Part shown: one piece after another, positions 39,116 through 52,200 of the stretch
How the letters are laid out: each line of letters begins with the position of its first letter
Position numbering within the stretch: position 1 is the first letter of the stretch
DNA from: Camelus ferus
Taxonomy: Eukaryota
Direction of reading: 5' to 3'
NCBI RefSeq assembly: GCF_009834535.1
Contig: NC_045697.1
Span: 63,924,001 to 63,988,000 of the forward strand
Length of the DNA: 64,000 nt
Notes under the pieces: generated by a model
The model's database searches: none
Seen by the model: the letters and a program-made list of their open reading frames with translations, nothing else
What the model was told of the DNA's origin: nothing
Made by a program: the position numbers and the translations under genes

Positions 39116-40545
39116 ATAAAAATTGAGAGTCGCATGTGATATAATTTCCCTCATTCAAGTTTTCGTTACTTTTTTGCTTTTTTGCAACTAATGTATACAG
39201 TTAAAATGCAGGCATGTTATGTAAGGGTTAGCTTTATTGATGGAGTGTGATGACTTACATTTAAATATTTCCCTCCATCTTAGAGTGGCATCTGTTCTGC
39301 TACCAGAGTTAAAAGTGAAAACTGAAGACCATGTGAGAATCTGAGTTAGCAACAATGCATAAAGCTTGGTAGCCACCTAAAACAAATAGCACATGCTAAA
39401 TCATTTAATTGTTCAATGGCACAGATTCTTCAAGAGAAACCTCTCATTGCCTGTTTTCTGCAAGTGCTCTAGAATGTGTAAAATCTAACGAGGTAACTAT
39501 AAATCACAGTAGAGCAAAGTGAAACAGCACTTATGAGCAAACTGAGCACAAGTCTATTAAATGCTGAGTCTCTTTTTTTTTTTTTTTAAGCTAATGGGCC
39601 ACTGGGAGTAAAATGCCAAATGATGGAGAAAATATTATTGATTCATAACTTGCTGTCTTGCTTGTTGTCATTAGCAGCATTCTCAATTAATCTAGCTGTG
39701 AGGCTAGTTACTAAAAATCAGCAGCCTTCTTCCCACTGAGGTGACACGTTCACTTTGGTTCCATGCGTTGTGCTTCAGGGTGTGCTTTGGCATCAGCCTC
39801 CATATTATAGAAAAGAAAGTGTGTTGTTACAAGCAAAGAGAAATTACAAAATGTATCTTCCTTTATACTGTGAAAATGAGTATAAATTCTTTAAAAAATA
39901 TTTTTCTCCTGATGTGCTTCCTATTTGAGAGGGCTTTTCTGCCCCTGAAATCACTTCTAGGAGATGAAAGCAATCTCCCCTCTTCTTCAACACAAAATAA
40001 TTCCACCAGGTCTTCCTTTGCCTTTTACTGTGCAATGCTCTACCTTTCAAGATTTTTTTTTATGTGGTTGAGATTTTTTAAAATGGTATCTATTTTTATA
40101 TCTTTATTGTCTAATGATCTTGCTGTGAGTTTTCACTTATATTTTGCAACAGTTTTTGTGTTGAGAGAAAAAAAGGAAAGTGAGACGATTGTCCAGGATG
40201 GTGAGCATAGTAATTCCTTTTTTCCTTAAGTGTGGTTATCCATTTCCTTGTCTCTCTCATTCAATAACAAGGCACTTTTTTAAAAATAGTCAGACTGGTC
40301 TGGTGTGGGAGTCTGGAAGAATGAGAGAAATACTGAGGGTAGAGATGATACATTTTGAATTTTGTGAAAATATAAAGGTCAGATATTCGTGTACTTACTC
40401 TTTCTCTCTCTCACAGGCTTGCGTTCTTGCTCTCATTTCACATCTCTTCTCTATCTATCTATACATCCATCCATCATCTTTTAATCCACCTCCCATATGA
40501 CACATCCACTCTAAAATTTGGAAAGGCACCTTCTATTATCAAACA

Positions 40546-40635
40546 GGGGGAGGGTATAGCTCAGTGGTAGAACGCATGCGCGGCATGCACAAAGTCTGGG
40601 TTCAATCCCCAGTACTTCCATTAAAAAAAGAAAAG
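40546..40635 (+). mobile_element. tRNA-Ala-derived SINE (Vic-1 type)
   Basis: gggggagggtatagctcagtggtagaacgcatg...gggttcaatccccagtacttcca plus A tail; no clear TSD. Confidence 0.88.
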
Positions 40636-40810
40636 ATTGCTGAGGTTGGAGGAAGACAAAGCATAGTGGTATCATAATAACACTTTATCATCTTTGATTA
40701 CATGCCTCTTCAGAAATAGTGATATTTTTCACTTGTCTTTATGTGATATGTAAAACTCTACATTTGCCATCCTGCATTTCAGTAAAAGATTTAGAATATA
40801 ATTCTAAATC

Positions 40811-40848
40811 CTAATACTAATAATTACTAATAATACTAATACTAATAA
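40811..40848 (+). repeat. (TAATAC)n-like low-complexity repeat
   Basis: ctaatactaataattactaataatactaatactaataa. Confidence 0.7.
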
Positions 40849-43399
40849 TTTTACAAATATGAGTCATTATTCTTCTTTTTGAAGTGGGCAGAATGTATAT
40901 TATAAATGGTAAAAAACAAGTACATGTTGATGTAGAGTTTTAATAAGCACAAATAGTTCATTTTGACCGTGTTTTTCTTTTGCATTGCTTTTGTATTATT
41001 TTAATTCTTAGTGACAGCAGTGTGAAAGTTATGCTTTCTTTGTTTCCTTGCTTATTTTTATTTTTGAGGGAAAGATGATTTTAATGACTCCTCTTCCCTT
41101 AGTTTCTTTTTGTCAGATGATAAAGATAGGGTTTTAGTGGACATAGTCACATTAAAGCATGGCCAAAAGCAAGACCATTGCTGAGGACATAATGATTGCA
41201 GTTAGGCAAAAAATCATCTCTCTAGATGTTTTGAGCTGCTATGTTTTCTAGATAGTGAGAACTAACCATTTACATGTCAAGAGACCAACATATTGTCAGA
41301 ATGTTTTAGAAATATTATGTTCTTTTCATATTGTAAAAGGTATGGATATTCATTAGAAGCTTTAGAAAACATAGAAAACTTTTAAAAGACATTTGTAAAA
41401 GCCCACAGCCACCAATCAACAATACATAGCAGCTAATAAGATTCCACCATTTTTCTTACAGTTTTTGTGTAGCTTGTGTGTATGTCTCTGTGTATGTTTG
41501 TATGTCCTCATGCATAAATATATATATATATATAATGTATATATTACATGAATTTATAATTCATAAAATAGTCCTTCATCCTGTCCACTTAATATTATAA
41601 CTATTTTTGTATTATGGAAAGTATTTGACAATGTAATTTTACATTTATCATCTATAGTTCTGTAAAATATTTTCTCATTGTAAGTTATTTAGGTTATTTA
41701 AAATTTGGAGTTATTTATCTGAAGCAGGTATTTATTGTGAAATTTTTTTATAAGTATCTAGAATTTCTTCTTGAATTCAGGTTCAGTTTTTCTTGATTGA
41801 GTTCAGTTAAAACTGTGTACGGACATAGACTATTCTGTGGAGTAAGTGGCCCCTACCCCTACGCTGAGGAAAGCTGGGCTTGAAATGGTTGGTGTGTCTT
41901 TAACATGGGATGTGTGCTTTCAGCCAGTGTTTTCAATGGGACATCAGGCTTTCTCACCTCTTTGTATCTGCCATTCATTTTCCAGAGTTCCAACATCTTA
42001 AGCCTGCTAGGAAGACCTCTTGAGGTTACAAACAGAGAATTACAGAGTGTTAAGAAGTCCAGTGATTTGTAAGGCTACACAAAAGTGCCAGAGGTTGTTT
42101 ACCTCTTATCATAGAATGTGGTGTTTTCACCTTTTACTCTTTATCGATGACTCCCCAGTTTCCTTCTCTAAGTTACTAGTGCTCCTTGTCTTTTGCTCCT
42201 TGCCCTGTCACCCTTCATAGTGTTGGCTCTGTTACTTATTGTCTTACCTTCAAATTGCCATTTTTCCTTTATTCCGTGTCTTGATTGGTGGTTCAGATGC
42301 CTCCCTCGTGTGAAGCTGCTCCCATCACAATCAATTCCTCATCCACATGCCTGTAACATTTCTGTTATAGCAATGTTGCTGAAAACAGTGTAGGTCTGTG
42401 CTGAAATTTAAACTTATTGAAAAACAAGGACAGCGAACTGAGTTTTTCTCAAAGCTCAAGCTATTAAATGTCAAAATATTTTACTTAAAGATTATGTTTT
42501 CTTTAATATTATTGATATAATACTATGTATGTAATGATGACGTTAGGAGGCATGTTGACAATGCTACTTTTTTATTAAATTCTGTGCTTTTAATTAAAAC
42601 TACTGGTCCATGAAATTTTAAGTCTAGAGATTATAGTAATATAGCATTTATAGTAAATTACACTTATTTGTTTACATGTATGTATCCACCAGATTTGAGC
42701 CTTTTGAGAGTGTGATCGTCTTCATTATTTATTCCCATTGCCTAACAAATATAAGTCCATAAAAAGTGTTCACCAAGTGCTTATTATATTAGCTTTATTT
42801 TAGGTGTTCACGTAAGTTTATTAAATTACTTTTGATATAGGATATGAGTAATGTAAGTCAGCAAAGTTTTGGAGAGGTGAGATGCTGCTTTATAAGTCAG
42901 TAATTTACATGGAGATAAAAGCATGATTTAAAATTGGGGCATCTTCCAAATTTTGGTCCAAATTAAGCTGTCTCATTCCATACTAGTGTTGTAACTTTCT
43001 TTCTAGTATTAGCAACTTACATGTTTTGTCTTTCATAATTTTCAAATATTAAACTCTCTAGACTCCTATTCCTTTCTAAATATATCAACTTTGATTTTGT
43101 AACACCAGGGAATTTTATTCAATAAAATATCAAATTACTGAAATTAAATGAAATAATAACTTAAGATTAAAACACATTTATAAAGAATAACCAATTATGT
43201 ATTTGCAATGATTCATTTTACTTGCAGGTGTAGTTCCAAATTAATTCTAACTCAGTGTGTGGTCTTAGAGTTCCTTATTTTGAATTTCAAAAGAATCTTT
43301 TCTATTTTCATAGGATTTTCATACATGCCCATATAGAAAATTGAGGTACTTAAGTATTTTGTGTTTTAGAGTAATAATAAAGCTTATAATGATGATGAA

Positions 43400-43830
43400 G
43401 GTGATAGAAAGTTGTCAGTGATTTGAATGAATGCTTATTATGTGCCAGGCACAGTATTAAGTGTTTCATTGATTCATTCAGCACATTTGTGGGACATCTA
43501 CTATGTGCCAAGAACCACTGAAGTTACCACCCTTGTGAAGCTTGTATTCTAGCGGGGAAAGGCATAAAACAAAGAAAAATGAAAATATAGGATTGCAGAC
43601 AGTAGTAGGAACTATAAAAAATAATAAAAAGGAATAAGGGGAATAGAGATAGGTAGGGGGGTAGGGATGGTTTACTATTTTACGTTAGGGAAGAGCTTGC
43701 TAATGATGTGACATATAGGTAGAGATTTGTACTATGGGAGGGAATGGGCCATGTGGATATCTGGGCAAAGAGTGTTCCAGGAAAGAAGAAAAAACACAAA
43801 AGCCCTGAAAAGCAGCATGCTTTGAGTTAT
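43400..43830 (-). mobile_element. MIR/L2 fragments
   Basis: tatgtgccaggcacagtattaag (MIR-like), then ttcattcagcacatt...ctactatgtgcca...gtggatatctgggcaaagagtgttccagg (reverse L2). Confidence 0.65.
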
Positions 43831-44537
43831 ATACCTTATTCCTGACATCAAGAGAGAGAGAGAGTAATACACTCAGCAGGGATTTTGTTTCCAGGTTTTA
43901 CTAGTTTCAAAGCTTTGAAGTATATTAATTTTTCTACACTTTCTAACGTTGATTCTACATGCTCAGTATCTTTATTTATGTTTTAAATGTCACCTTCCTG
44001 TGAAACTGCTCCCAGCATGGAGTGAATCACTCCCTCCTCTCTGCCCCTGGAGCAGATACAGTAATATTTTTCAAAATATTGGTCCACTAATGAGTGTCAG
44101 TCTATGATAAAGTTTATATTGAGGAAAAATGGGAAAAGTAGTAGCAATTGAGAATTCCAAGTTGACACCTAATTTTGAAGGAAAAATTTCAAATATGAGA
44201 TCCAAATGGGTCTCAATCATGAGGCATCACTAAGGCATTTAATACAAAATGTATCACTTTTTTAGTGGTCATCTTTCTCTATCTCCAGCAAAATGAAAAT
44301 TAAATATTTATTTATGTATTTATAAGCATATTAGAGATTGAAAATTGATTACCATTTTAACATGGATGTGATTTTATGAACTGTTACAAGGATTAGGCTA
44401 CACTTTTGGAAAGAGATGTACTTGGTCATTGTTAAACTGAAAAAAAATACATAACTTTAATGTTCTTAGATCTTCTTCATCTTGCAGATTTGTAATAAAA
44501 AGAGTTCGAACAATGTAGGAGTACATTTAGAAAGCAG

Positions 44538-44669
44538 TGAGCTGGGGGAATAGCTCAGGGACAGAGCTTGTGCTTAGCATACATGTGATCCTGGGTTCAA
44601 TTCCCAGTACCTCCATTAACAAAAAAAAATATGAACAAAAATAATTTTTTTAAAAAGTAAAATAAAAAA
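44538..44669 (+). mobile_element. tRNA-Ala-derived SINE (Vic-1 type), more diverged copy
   Basis: gggggaatagctcagggacagagcttgtgcttagcatacatg...ctgggttcaattcccagtacctcca plus A-rich tail; flanking repeat agaaagca. Confidence 0.85.
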
Positions 44670-45094
44670 AGAAAGCAACAGCTAACTGGTTTTATTTTAT
44701 TTTATTTTATTTTATTTTTACACTGAGCGGCAATGTCCTAATTTGCAAATGTGATTTATTCAGGTTCCATGTACCTGTGCTGGAACTGGGTATTGTAGAG
44801 GGCAGGTCATATGCTAAAACACAGTATGTCAGTAGCTGAAGGATGTTTAATACTTTTATGTGTATAAAAATACATGTAGTCTAAGGGGAGAATCATCTCA
44901 CTTCGTAGTCATAGGAGGGAAAAACTCGTCCTACCAAAGAGGTTCTTTATTTCCTCCTCATACATAGATTTCACAGAAAGTTTTATCTATAAATAGGACT
45001 GAAGCATCACTCATTCATGGCCAAAAAAAAAAAAAAAAAAGAATCAGATCACATAGAAAATTATTTAATCTGACATCTGTTGATAAACCCCTAG

Positions 45095-46025
45095 GAAAGA
45101 GGTCTACTTTTCAGTCATGATGGAGCAACAGGGATCAAATTTACTTTGTAGCCTTAACCAACTAAAAATCTGGGTAAAATGTTTTTAAAAGGCAGCTTTC
45201 AAATATTTGACAACAGGATGCACAGGCTAGCAATCTCCGAGTGAGGAGAAATGAACGCAGCAGGCTCCCCATTGCCCGAGCTTACTGCCTGCAATTGCAG
45301 GCTGAAGTGCAGAGAGGAGGGACTCAAGCAGTCCCTACACTGAGGAGACAGGGGATTTGGGGAAGACGGGGTGCTATGTTGCTAGAATTGAAAGGGCCAC
45401 ACCTGATAGGAGAGAGCTACAGGAGAGAGCTCAGATGTCTGCAGAAAGTTCCCCTTAAGTCTTCAGTGCAGTACAGTTCAGAGTGTTTCTGTGATGAAAC
45501 TACTCAAAGCTAGGGAGAGAATCACTGGAAAGGAACAGACGGAACTATTCTCAGAGCTCACCCACAGGTAAGAATAATTCACCTTCCCAAACGCCCGTTT
45601 ATAATACCTGGGGCAACAGGCAGAGGATTTGGCCTGGGTAGCGGAGCCAAATGAGCCCTAGACTAAAGGCTGCTCTAGTCCTGCCCAACAAAACATAAAA
45701 GCAAGTCAGAAGAATCATCACATTGTTTCCAAGTAACTTAGTTGCAAATCACAACAAATTTCAAAAATATAACTGAGATAATAGAATAAGAAGAGAAGGG
45801 CATTTAAAAAGCCATTATATTTTCCAAATAGTCAAGAAAGTGGAGGAAAGCAGGAGGATGATGAGAAATACGGAACATATAAAACAGGCCCAATTTGAAC
45901 TCCTAGAAGTGAAAAATACGATGTTTGAGATGAAAAGTTCATTGGATAAGATTAATAGCAAATTTGATACCACAGAAAAAGCATTTTTTACTGAAGATAG
46001 AAGCAAGTTTACTGAAGATAAAGCT
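45095..46025 (+). mobile_element. Old L1M 5' UTR and ORF1 fragment
   Basis: Peptide QFELLEVKNTMFEMKSSLDKINSKFDTTEK resembles the L1 ORF1p coiled coil (EILELKNTITEMKNSLDGLNSRLDTAEE); upstream sequence resembles ancient L1 5' UTR. Confidence 0.8.
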
Positions 46026-46749
46026 TCAGTGGTGAAAACTATACTCAAAAGTATGAAAGTATAGTCCTAGTGCAGTATTAAGTATTAGTAACAAGTACTG
46101 GTATCAACAAGAAGTGCAAATTTCTGATCAGCCTCAGTAGCCCAATGCAATCCAATAGAAATACTCTGGACAGGACTGATACCAGTTCCTTAGTTGAGTT
46201 TCTAAGGCTTACTCACCACTTTAATAGGACTTTGTGTCACAACACTCTTTGTGTGCTGTGATGTATGCATAAATAGTACTTAGATCTCATTATGAAGTCT
46301 GTGCTACTGTATTCTCAACAAATCCTACAAAGTAACTTCTAGGATAGAAGTACTAAAATGGCAATCAAAAACTGACCCGTGGTATCCTCTCTTTGGCCAG
46401 CACAATAAAACAGAGTTGAATTTGCCTTCAGGTAAAACATGTCTTCATATAGCCATAGATTCCATAATACCGAGCCTCTAAAATAATCTGAACTCGTGAC
46501 TCCAGCCTTGTAAGGGTGTTCTCCAAGACTCCCTGAACTGCCTAAATTTTACTTGACTACAAGAGACAAAGGTGAAGGCAGGTAACCACTGACTTATATG
46601 TACTTTTGTCCTGCTAAGGATAATTTGTAGTGGGCACACTACTCGTTATCTGTAGAGTACCAGAAATGCTAAAAAATATGCATGTTAACTATTCATAGGA
46701 AAGCACATATGTCAAGTGTAAATATTCCAGAAATGATGTGACCCTAATG

Positions 46750-47950
46750 GTTACAAAAAAGGTGAATAACTGCAGGTTGTCTTCCAAAATGCACAGAGGG
46801 AGTATGGAAGCTAAACCTAGAGACTAAAATTCAAACTTCTTAAAACAATTGGATGAAGTCCTTCATTATTTAGTCACAGCGGGTTTTGTGTTTTGACCTG
46901 TGAAGCTAATAAAGACTGGAGCCTTCACTTTCTTCTTGACAAGCTCTACTGAGCTCTGGTTGCAGTTCAAGCTGGAGAGTGTTCCTAATAAGATTTTTTT
47001 TCTAGCTCATTTTCTTGCAAATGGGAGCCCTGCCTTGCCTTGTCCTTAGTTATGGAAAATAAGATCACTGACCTCAGGTAACCATTGCTGAATACAATAA
47101 AGATTTAATTGTTCCAAGAATCCTTCAGCCTTCACATATCAAATGTTCTTTACACTTTGAATTTAAGCAAACTTTGGATTATTCTCCCTTACTTGAGGTT
47201 GCCTCATTTCATTACCTGCCACTTCACTAGGTTTTATAATTCAGAATTTATTTAACTAAAGAAATGTGTTTGAGTAAAGGATTTAAGCCCACTTATGCAT
47301 TATGATTTCTACACGGTCATTTGAGCATTTAGAATAGTATATGATAATATCTCATGGCAATTCAGCGTATTCCAAAAGATAAATATATCTATACTTCCTA
47401 GCATTTGGCATTTTATGCCATTTCCTGGTAAAATGAGTGTTCTGCAAATTAGGAGAGCCAGAAACAAGTCCCCAATCAATCTTATAACACCGTCTACTTG
47501 AGAAAGTGATCGTGTTCATTTACAGGCAATTTCTTTTGTTCCATTTTATTTTGAATTCTACTTTCCTCCAGGTCCTTTGTATGTCAGGCCACAGAAAGTC
47601 TCTCAGGACTGCTTCTTGTGAAATTGAGTGGCCTCTTTTTATTTTTCTGTTACAAGTGTTTACTTTTTCCAGAGCAAGTCTTTTCTCCTAAAGAAAATTT
47701 TATATCCATTTAATGTCTTGCCACCTTTTTCTGCCAGGCTTACTGACTTTTAAACCTAAGCATTTGGAGCGTACAAATTCAATGATGTGTGCTAAGTTTT
47801 CCACGTGTTTTAGACAAATTGCATTCACTACCTCACCTTTACCTAGCTGCTCAGTACTGTCTTCTAAAGAACTCAAGCATATCTGGCAGATGTTGTATGT
47901 CTTGGCTAAATCTACACTGATTTTTCCAACATAGTGAAATGAGTCTATAC
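46750..47950 (-). mobile_element. Ancient CR1/L3-type LINE reverse-transcriptase fossil
   Basis: Manual minus-strand translation gives, in order, ICQICLSSLEDSTEQLGKGEVVNAICL (cf. CR1 SCQTNLISFFDRVT..VD.G.AVDVIYL), IKWI, ISQEAVL (cf. VPQGSVL), KDLEE/RIQN and SSLNCNQ...KKKVKA (cf. HKLNMSQ...KKANA). Confidence 0.6.
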
Positions 47951-48274
47951 TAGCTTTGGAAAAGTTGGAGAAATTGTATGAAAGAAAATCTATATGGTTT
48001 TATCACTATACTATATATTTTAGTTTTACAGTATGCAAGTCATGAAACTAACTTTTGGGTACATGGATGGACAAATAGAAGAAAAAATTTAATAATTAAA
48101 AGACACCTACTTTGTGTCTAGTATTATAACAAGAAATATTTGCAGTTTCTCACAGATGGAAATAGGAATAAGCTTCATGGAAACAACATTCTATTCCAAT
48201 GTTCCCTAATCTAATGTATATGGGCTCCAGAACTTCAAGGTTAATATGAATAGGGAACTGCTTTTAATAGGATC

Positions 48275-48763
48275 TGTAATGGTTTCCTTTGGCTGTTGTA
48301 ACAAAGTACCCCAAATGTGGTGACTTAGAACAACACACACTTATTGTCTTGTAATTCTGGAGTCAGACACCTAAGATGAGTTTGACTAGATCAAAATCAA
48401 AGTATTGGCAGGACTGTGCTCTCTTGGAGACTCTGAGAGGAGACTCTGTTCCCTTGCTCCTCCAGTTTCTAGAACAGCATTCCATGCACTCCTTGACTGG
48501 TGGCCCCCTCCCCCATCTTCCCAGTGGTGTCTCATCTTGGTTCAGTCGTCACGTGGTTATCTGTCTCTATAGTCCTTTTTCACTCTGCCCTCCTCTAATA
48601 ATGTCCTTGATTACATTTAGGGCACAACCAGATAATCTAGGTTAATCTCAAATTTTTAGCTTAATCACATCTGCAAAATCCCTTTTAACAAAAAAGTTAA
48701 CACTCACAGGTTTCAGGGATTAAGAACTAGGTATTGTTGGGGATCATTATTCAGTATATCACA
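48275..48763 (-). mobile_element. MLT1C/D-type MaLR LTR
   Basis: tgtaatggtttcct...gctgttgtaacaaagtacc...ttaatcacatctgcaaaatccc...ttcagtatatcaca. Confidence 0.9.
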
Positions 48764-49675
48764 GTGTCTCATCTCAAGATTGTATTTTTTAAATGAAGCC
48801 ATTAGTTGTGAATGATTAAATTTGCACTATGAAATGAAAACCATGCAGTTTATTAAAGAGTTAACCTGAACGTATTTATATATGTTCAACTGTCAACCTT
48901 AAATTAAGGTGCATTTATTTCACAATCTACTACTTGAAACCTGATAAAATCTTAGGCAAGGTCAACATAGAAAATCCCCTTGTCCTAATCCTCTTCTTTC
49001 AGCATTTTGAGTTTGAATTGTCTACTCTCCTATCTGCTACTAGTGACAATTTCAATTGGAGTTATCTTTATTTGTTTACATCTTAACTTTAAGGAGACTA
49101 TTTGCCAGTGACTTCTATTTTTCCATTTTTTAATGTAAAATATAAGTGCTAGATTATGTTATGTAAGTAAAAATAAGTTAAATTGTTTAGGTCACTCAAG
49201 AAAAATTTGAACGTAGTAAAAATTAGTGGAGGGAAAGTGGGAAAACATTTCAAGTGAAAATAACACTGTGAGTAAAGATGAGAGAAAGTTCATGTGTCAT
49301 CTGTCAGGGGATCTGACTTCCTACAAACTGAATTATGTTCCCTCATCCTCCCATAATATTTATTTTATTGGGACCACTTGCTTCCTTTCTAGCCAGACTG
49401 AAGGCGGGATTGTGGCTTTTCTTTATAGTTTCCACTTCCAGTGCTATGTCTGGAATATAATTGCAAATCAATATTTGAAGCTAGTTGGATTGGATTGTGT
49501 AATAGGATATGAAATATGAATTTTATCAGAGCAAAAATGCATGTAAGTGGACGAATAGGGGGGAAGACATATAAGAATAGAAACAGGTAACATTATTGAG
49601 ATTCCTTAAAACCAAGGTGGAAAATTTGATCTGCAAATCTAAATTGGTGTTTTGGAGCCAATTCCAAAGTGTGTT

Positions 49676-50938
49676 TGTGTGTGTCCAAGAGTTCTCTGTA
49701 CCAAAAACAAAATTAAAAACAAAAAACAATTATTGGGCCAGCAGGGTATCTGAGAATTCAGCTCAATTTTGACACTGTCTACCTTTTTCTGGGACACAAT
49801 GGTGGTCGGTCAGTGACATGGTATTGTGGGTTGGTAAAAGAATTTACCGGAGATGAAGGAGAACAGTAAAGGAGTTTTTTAGGGTATGCTGTCATAGACA
49901 ACAGTGGGCCACACAGACGAGAGGTGCCTGTGTGAGCACTGAGGGCTGGTCGTTGGGGTCTTTTATAAGATCGGGTCACAATGTGCCTGATTGGCTTGTG
50001 CATAAGTCTCTTACTGGTTGTAGGTGAGGTCAGAGGTTTAGAGTCCCTGAAGGGAAGTGGGGTTTAGGACTCTGATAAGGAGGGCTTTTAGTTTGTTTGG
50101 GCAAACACGCCCAGTAAAGAATGTACTTTATCTGTTGAGGGATCACAAGGCAGATATCTGAGAGCCCAGGAATGGGGGTCATATGGACTTGAAAGGACAT
50201 CAGTTGGCCCCACAAACCTGAAAGTAGCATCAGATTCCACACATTAAGGGTTCGTCCCTACAAGACTCCTCCCTCAACACCCTCCCCCACTTCAGATGCT
50301 AGTTGCAACCTCAGGTTTTTAACCTTTGTTTGTGACCTACAGGCTATAGATTGAGGGTTCCAGTGACCCCTCCTTGGGTTTCAAATGCCAGTCAGAAGCC
50401 CAGGTTGTAAATTGTGCTTTTGACCAACTGACTATAAATCAGAGTTTCCCACGACCTCTTTTTTAGGTTCAATTAATTTGCTAGAGCAGCTCACAGTACT
50501 CACAGAAACGTTTTGCTAGATTACTTGCTAGATTCATTCATTATAAAAGGATATAACTCAGAAACAGCCAGATGGACGAAAGGCGTAGGGCAAGGCATGG
50601 GGAAAGGGTGTGGAGCTTCCATGACTTCTCAAGGTACACTGCCCTCCCAGCATCTCAACATGTTCACCAACCCTGAAGTTCTCCAGACCCTGTCCTTTTG
50701 GGTTTTTATGGAGGATTTATTACATAGGCATGATTGAGTAAATCATTAGCCATTGGCAACTGATTCAACCTCCAGCCCCTTTCCTCTTCCTGGAGGTCCA
50801 GGGTGGATTTAGGTGCTTTCCAAAAGTCACCTCATTAGCATAACAAAAGATACTTTATCACAAAATATTGGGAGTTGTACGCCAAAATAGGGAGCAAAGA
50901 CCAGATTTATATTTCTCATAATAAATCACAATACCACA
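49676..50938 (-). mobile_element. MER21-family LTR, interrupted by another LTR
   Basis: caattttgacactgtctacct|gaaagtagcatcagattccac, ttcaattaatttgctagagcagctcacag and the terminal ataaatcacaataccaca match MER21. Confidence 0.85.
49785..50214 (-). mobile_element. Solo LTR nested in MER21
   Basis: A 430-bp insert splits contiguous MER21 text; the minus strand begins TGTGGGG; reverse TATA (ttttata) and CCAAT (attgg); flanks tacct/aacct. Confidence 0.75.
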
Positions 50939-50972
50939 AAATCTTATTAAGATTGAACAGTAAAGGGGAGTT

Positions 50973-50997
50973 CAGAGTCAGAGTCAGAGTCAGAGTC
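50973..50997 (+). repeat. (CAGAGT)n hexamer repeat
   Basis: cagagtcagagtcagagtcagagtc. Confidence 0.85.
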
Positions 50998-51728
50998 TGT
51001 AATTCAGACTAAGATAATGAGAGTCTGATTCATGGCTAAATCAATGAATGTGGAGGAAACACCTTGCTGTTACTTAACATTGCTATTGACTGAGAGAAGT
51101 GCCAGAGGGATAGAAATGCCACAGTGACTCACTACTGGCAGTGGCAGGTGGGGCACATTTGAAGGGAGGGTGTGTAGCTCTTCTGTGCATAATCTCAAGG
51201 GGTAGGATAAGCATCAAGTGTTGCAGGAACATTTGACTGAGCAGCAGAAATCAAGGTCAGCTTCTGTGGGGGAGGTGAGAGCACAATCAATAAATCTGTC
51301 TTTTAGATTTGCAAATGAAATGCATATATTCTATTATTTTTAATGAATCTAAAGAAATAAAATACGGCCATTGTGAGTTCGAAAAAGAAATAAGAATATT
51401 TAAGAGGCAGACCTTTATACTCAACATAAAGTGAATTCTTATTCTTAGATTGCATTTAATTTATGAAGTCAAGGCTCTTACTATTTTTATATACTTTGCC
51501 TGATGGTGCTTAACTCTTTCTCTGTCCCTAAGCCTATATCTTCCTGGACCTGTAACCCATAAGAGGAATTGATAATTGGATGAGAGAATGAGGTATTCTT
51601 TTTCTCAGATTATTTTGTCATTTTTGAAAAGGTCAAGTTTAAATTTTTGCCTTTTTTGGTGGCTTTTTAAATGTTTCTTTATTATTAAAAAATGATGAAA
51701 AAGTGATGCTTCAGAACACATTGACTTT

Positions 51729-52200
51729 TGTTGACTGAAATTTTAAAATCACGCAGTGTGAGAGCTGTGAGTTTCAGTTTTATTGGGGTACCTTACTGAG
51801 GATTATAGCCCAGGAGGCAGTTGCTCACATAACTGAGGAACCGCTCTAAACAGGTAAGGGGAGGGGCCAGTACATAAGTGATTTTGGCTAAGGAATACAT
51901 GCAGGCAAGCATATATCTTGGTAGATGGTTACTGCTTGTCATGAGGAACAGATTTCTCAGTTAATGATTTTAGTGCTTATCTATGTATGGAAAGATGCAA
52001 GAATCTGGGTGCATAGAAATTATTTCTGAAATATATCTATCTATCTAAGGGCCTTTTGGCCTGTTTTCCTGAAGCACAGAGTGTCTCTTCCTGTTCTTTG
52101 TCTTTAATTCTTTGCAGGGTGGGCTGTAAGTCAGTGAATGCAGGGAGTAATGACTTGATCCTTGTACAAATGCATGATGGGCAACAGTCTTTGTTTTGTG
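51729..52200 (-). mobile_element. ERV1-class solo LTR (MER41-like)
   Basis: tgttgactgaaa...agttttatt...cttactgaggattatagccc...tcagttaatgattttagtgctt; reverse poly(A) signal. Confidence 0.8.

Noticed and set aside
40546..40620. Functional tRNA-Ala gene
   Set aside because: Altered anticodon arm, 5' extension, A-rich tail and two similar dispersed copies indicate a SINE.
41159..41251. Peptide MAKSKTIAEDIMIAVRQKIISL resembling a Tc1 transposase N-terminus
   Set aside because: Short similarity that needs a gap; no TIRs and no downstream DDE-domain remnants.
47524..47688. IQ-motif exon (IQRTWRK) of a lost LRR/IQ-type gene
   Set aside because: The segment is better explained as part of the CR1/L3 RT fossil, and the supposed partner exons near 56.7 kb and 54.6 kb gave only weak, stop-ridden similarity.
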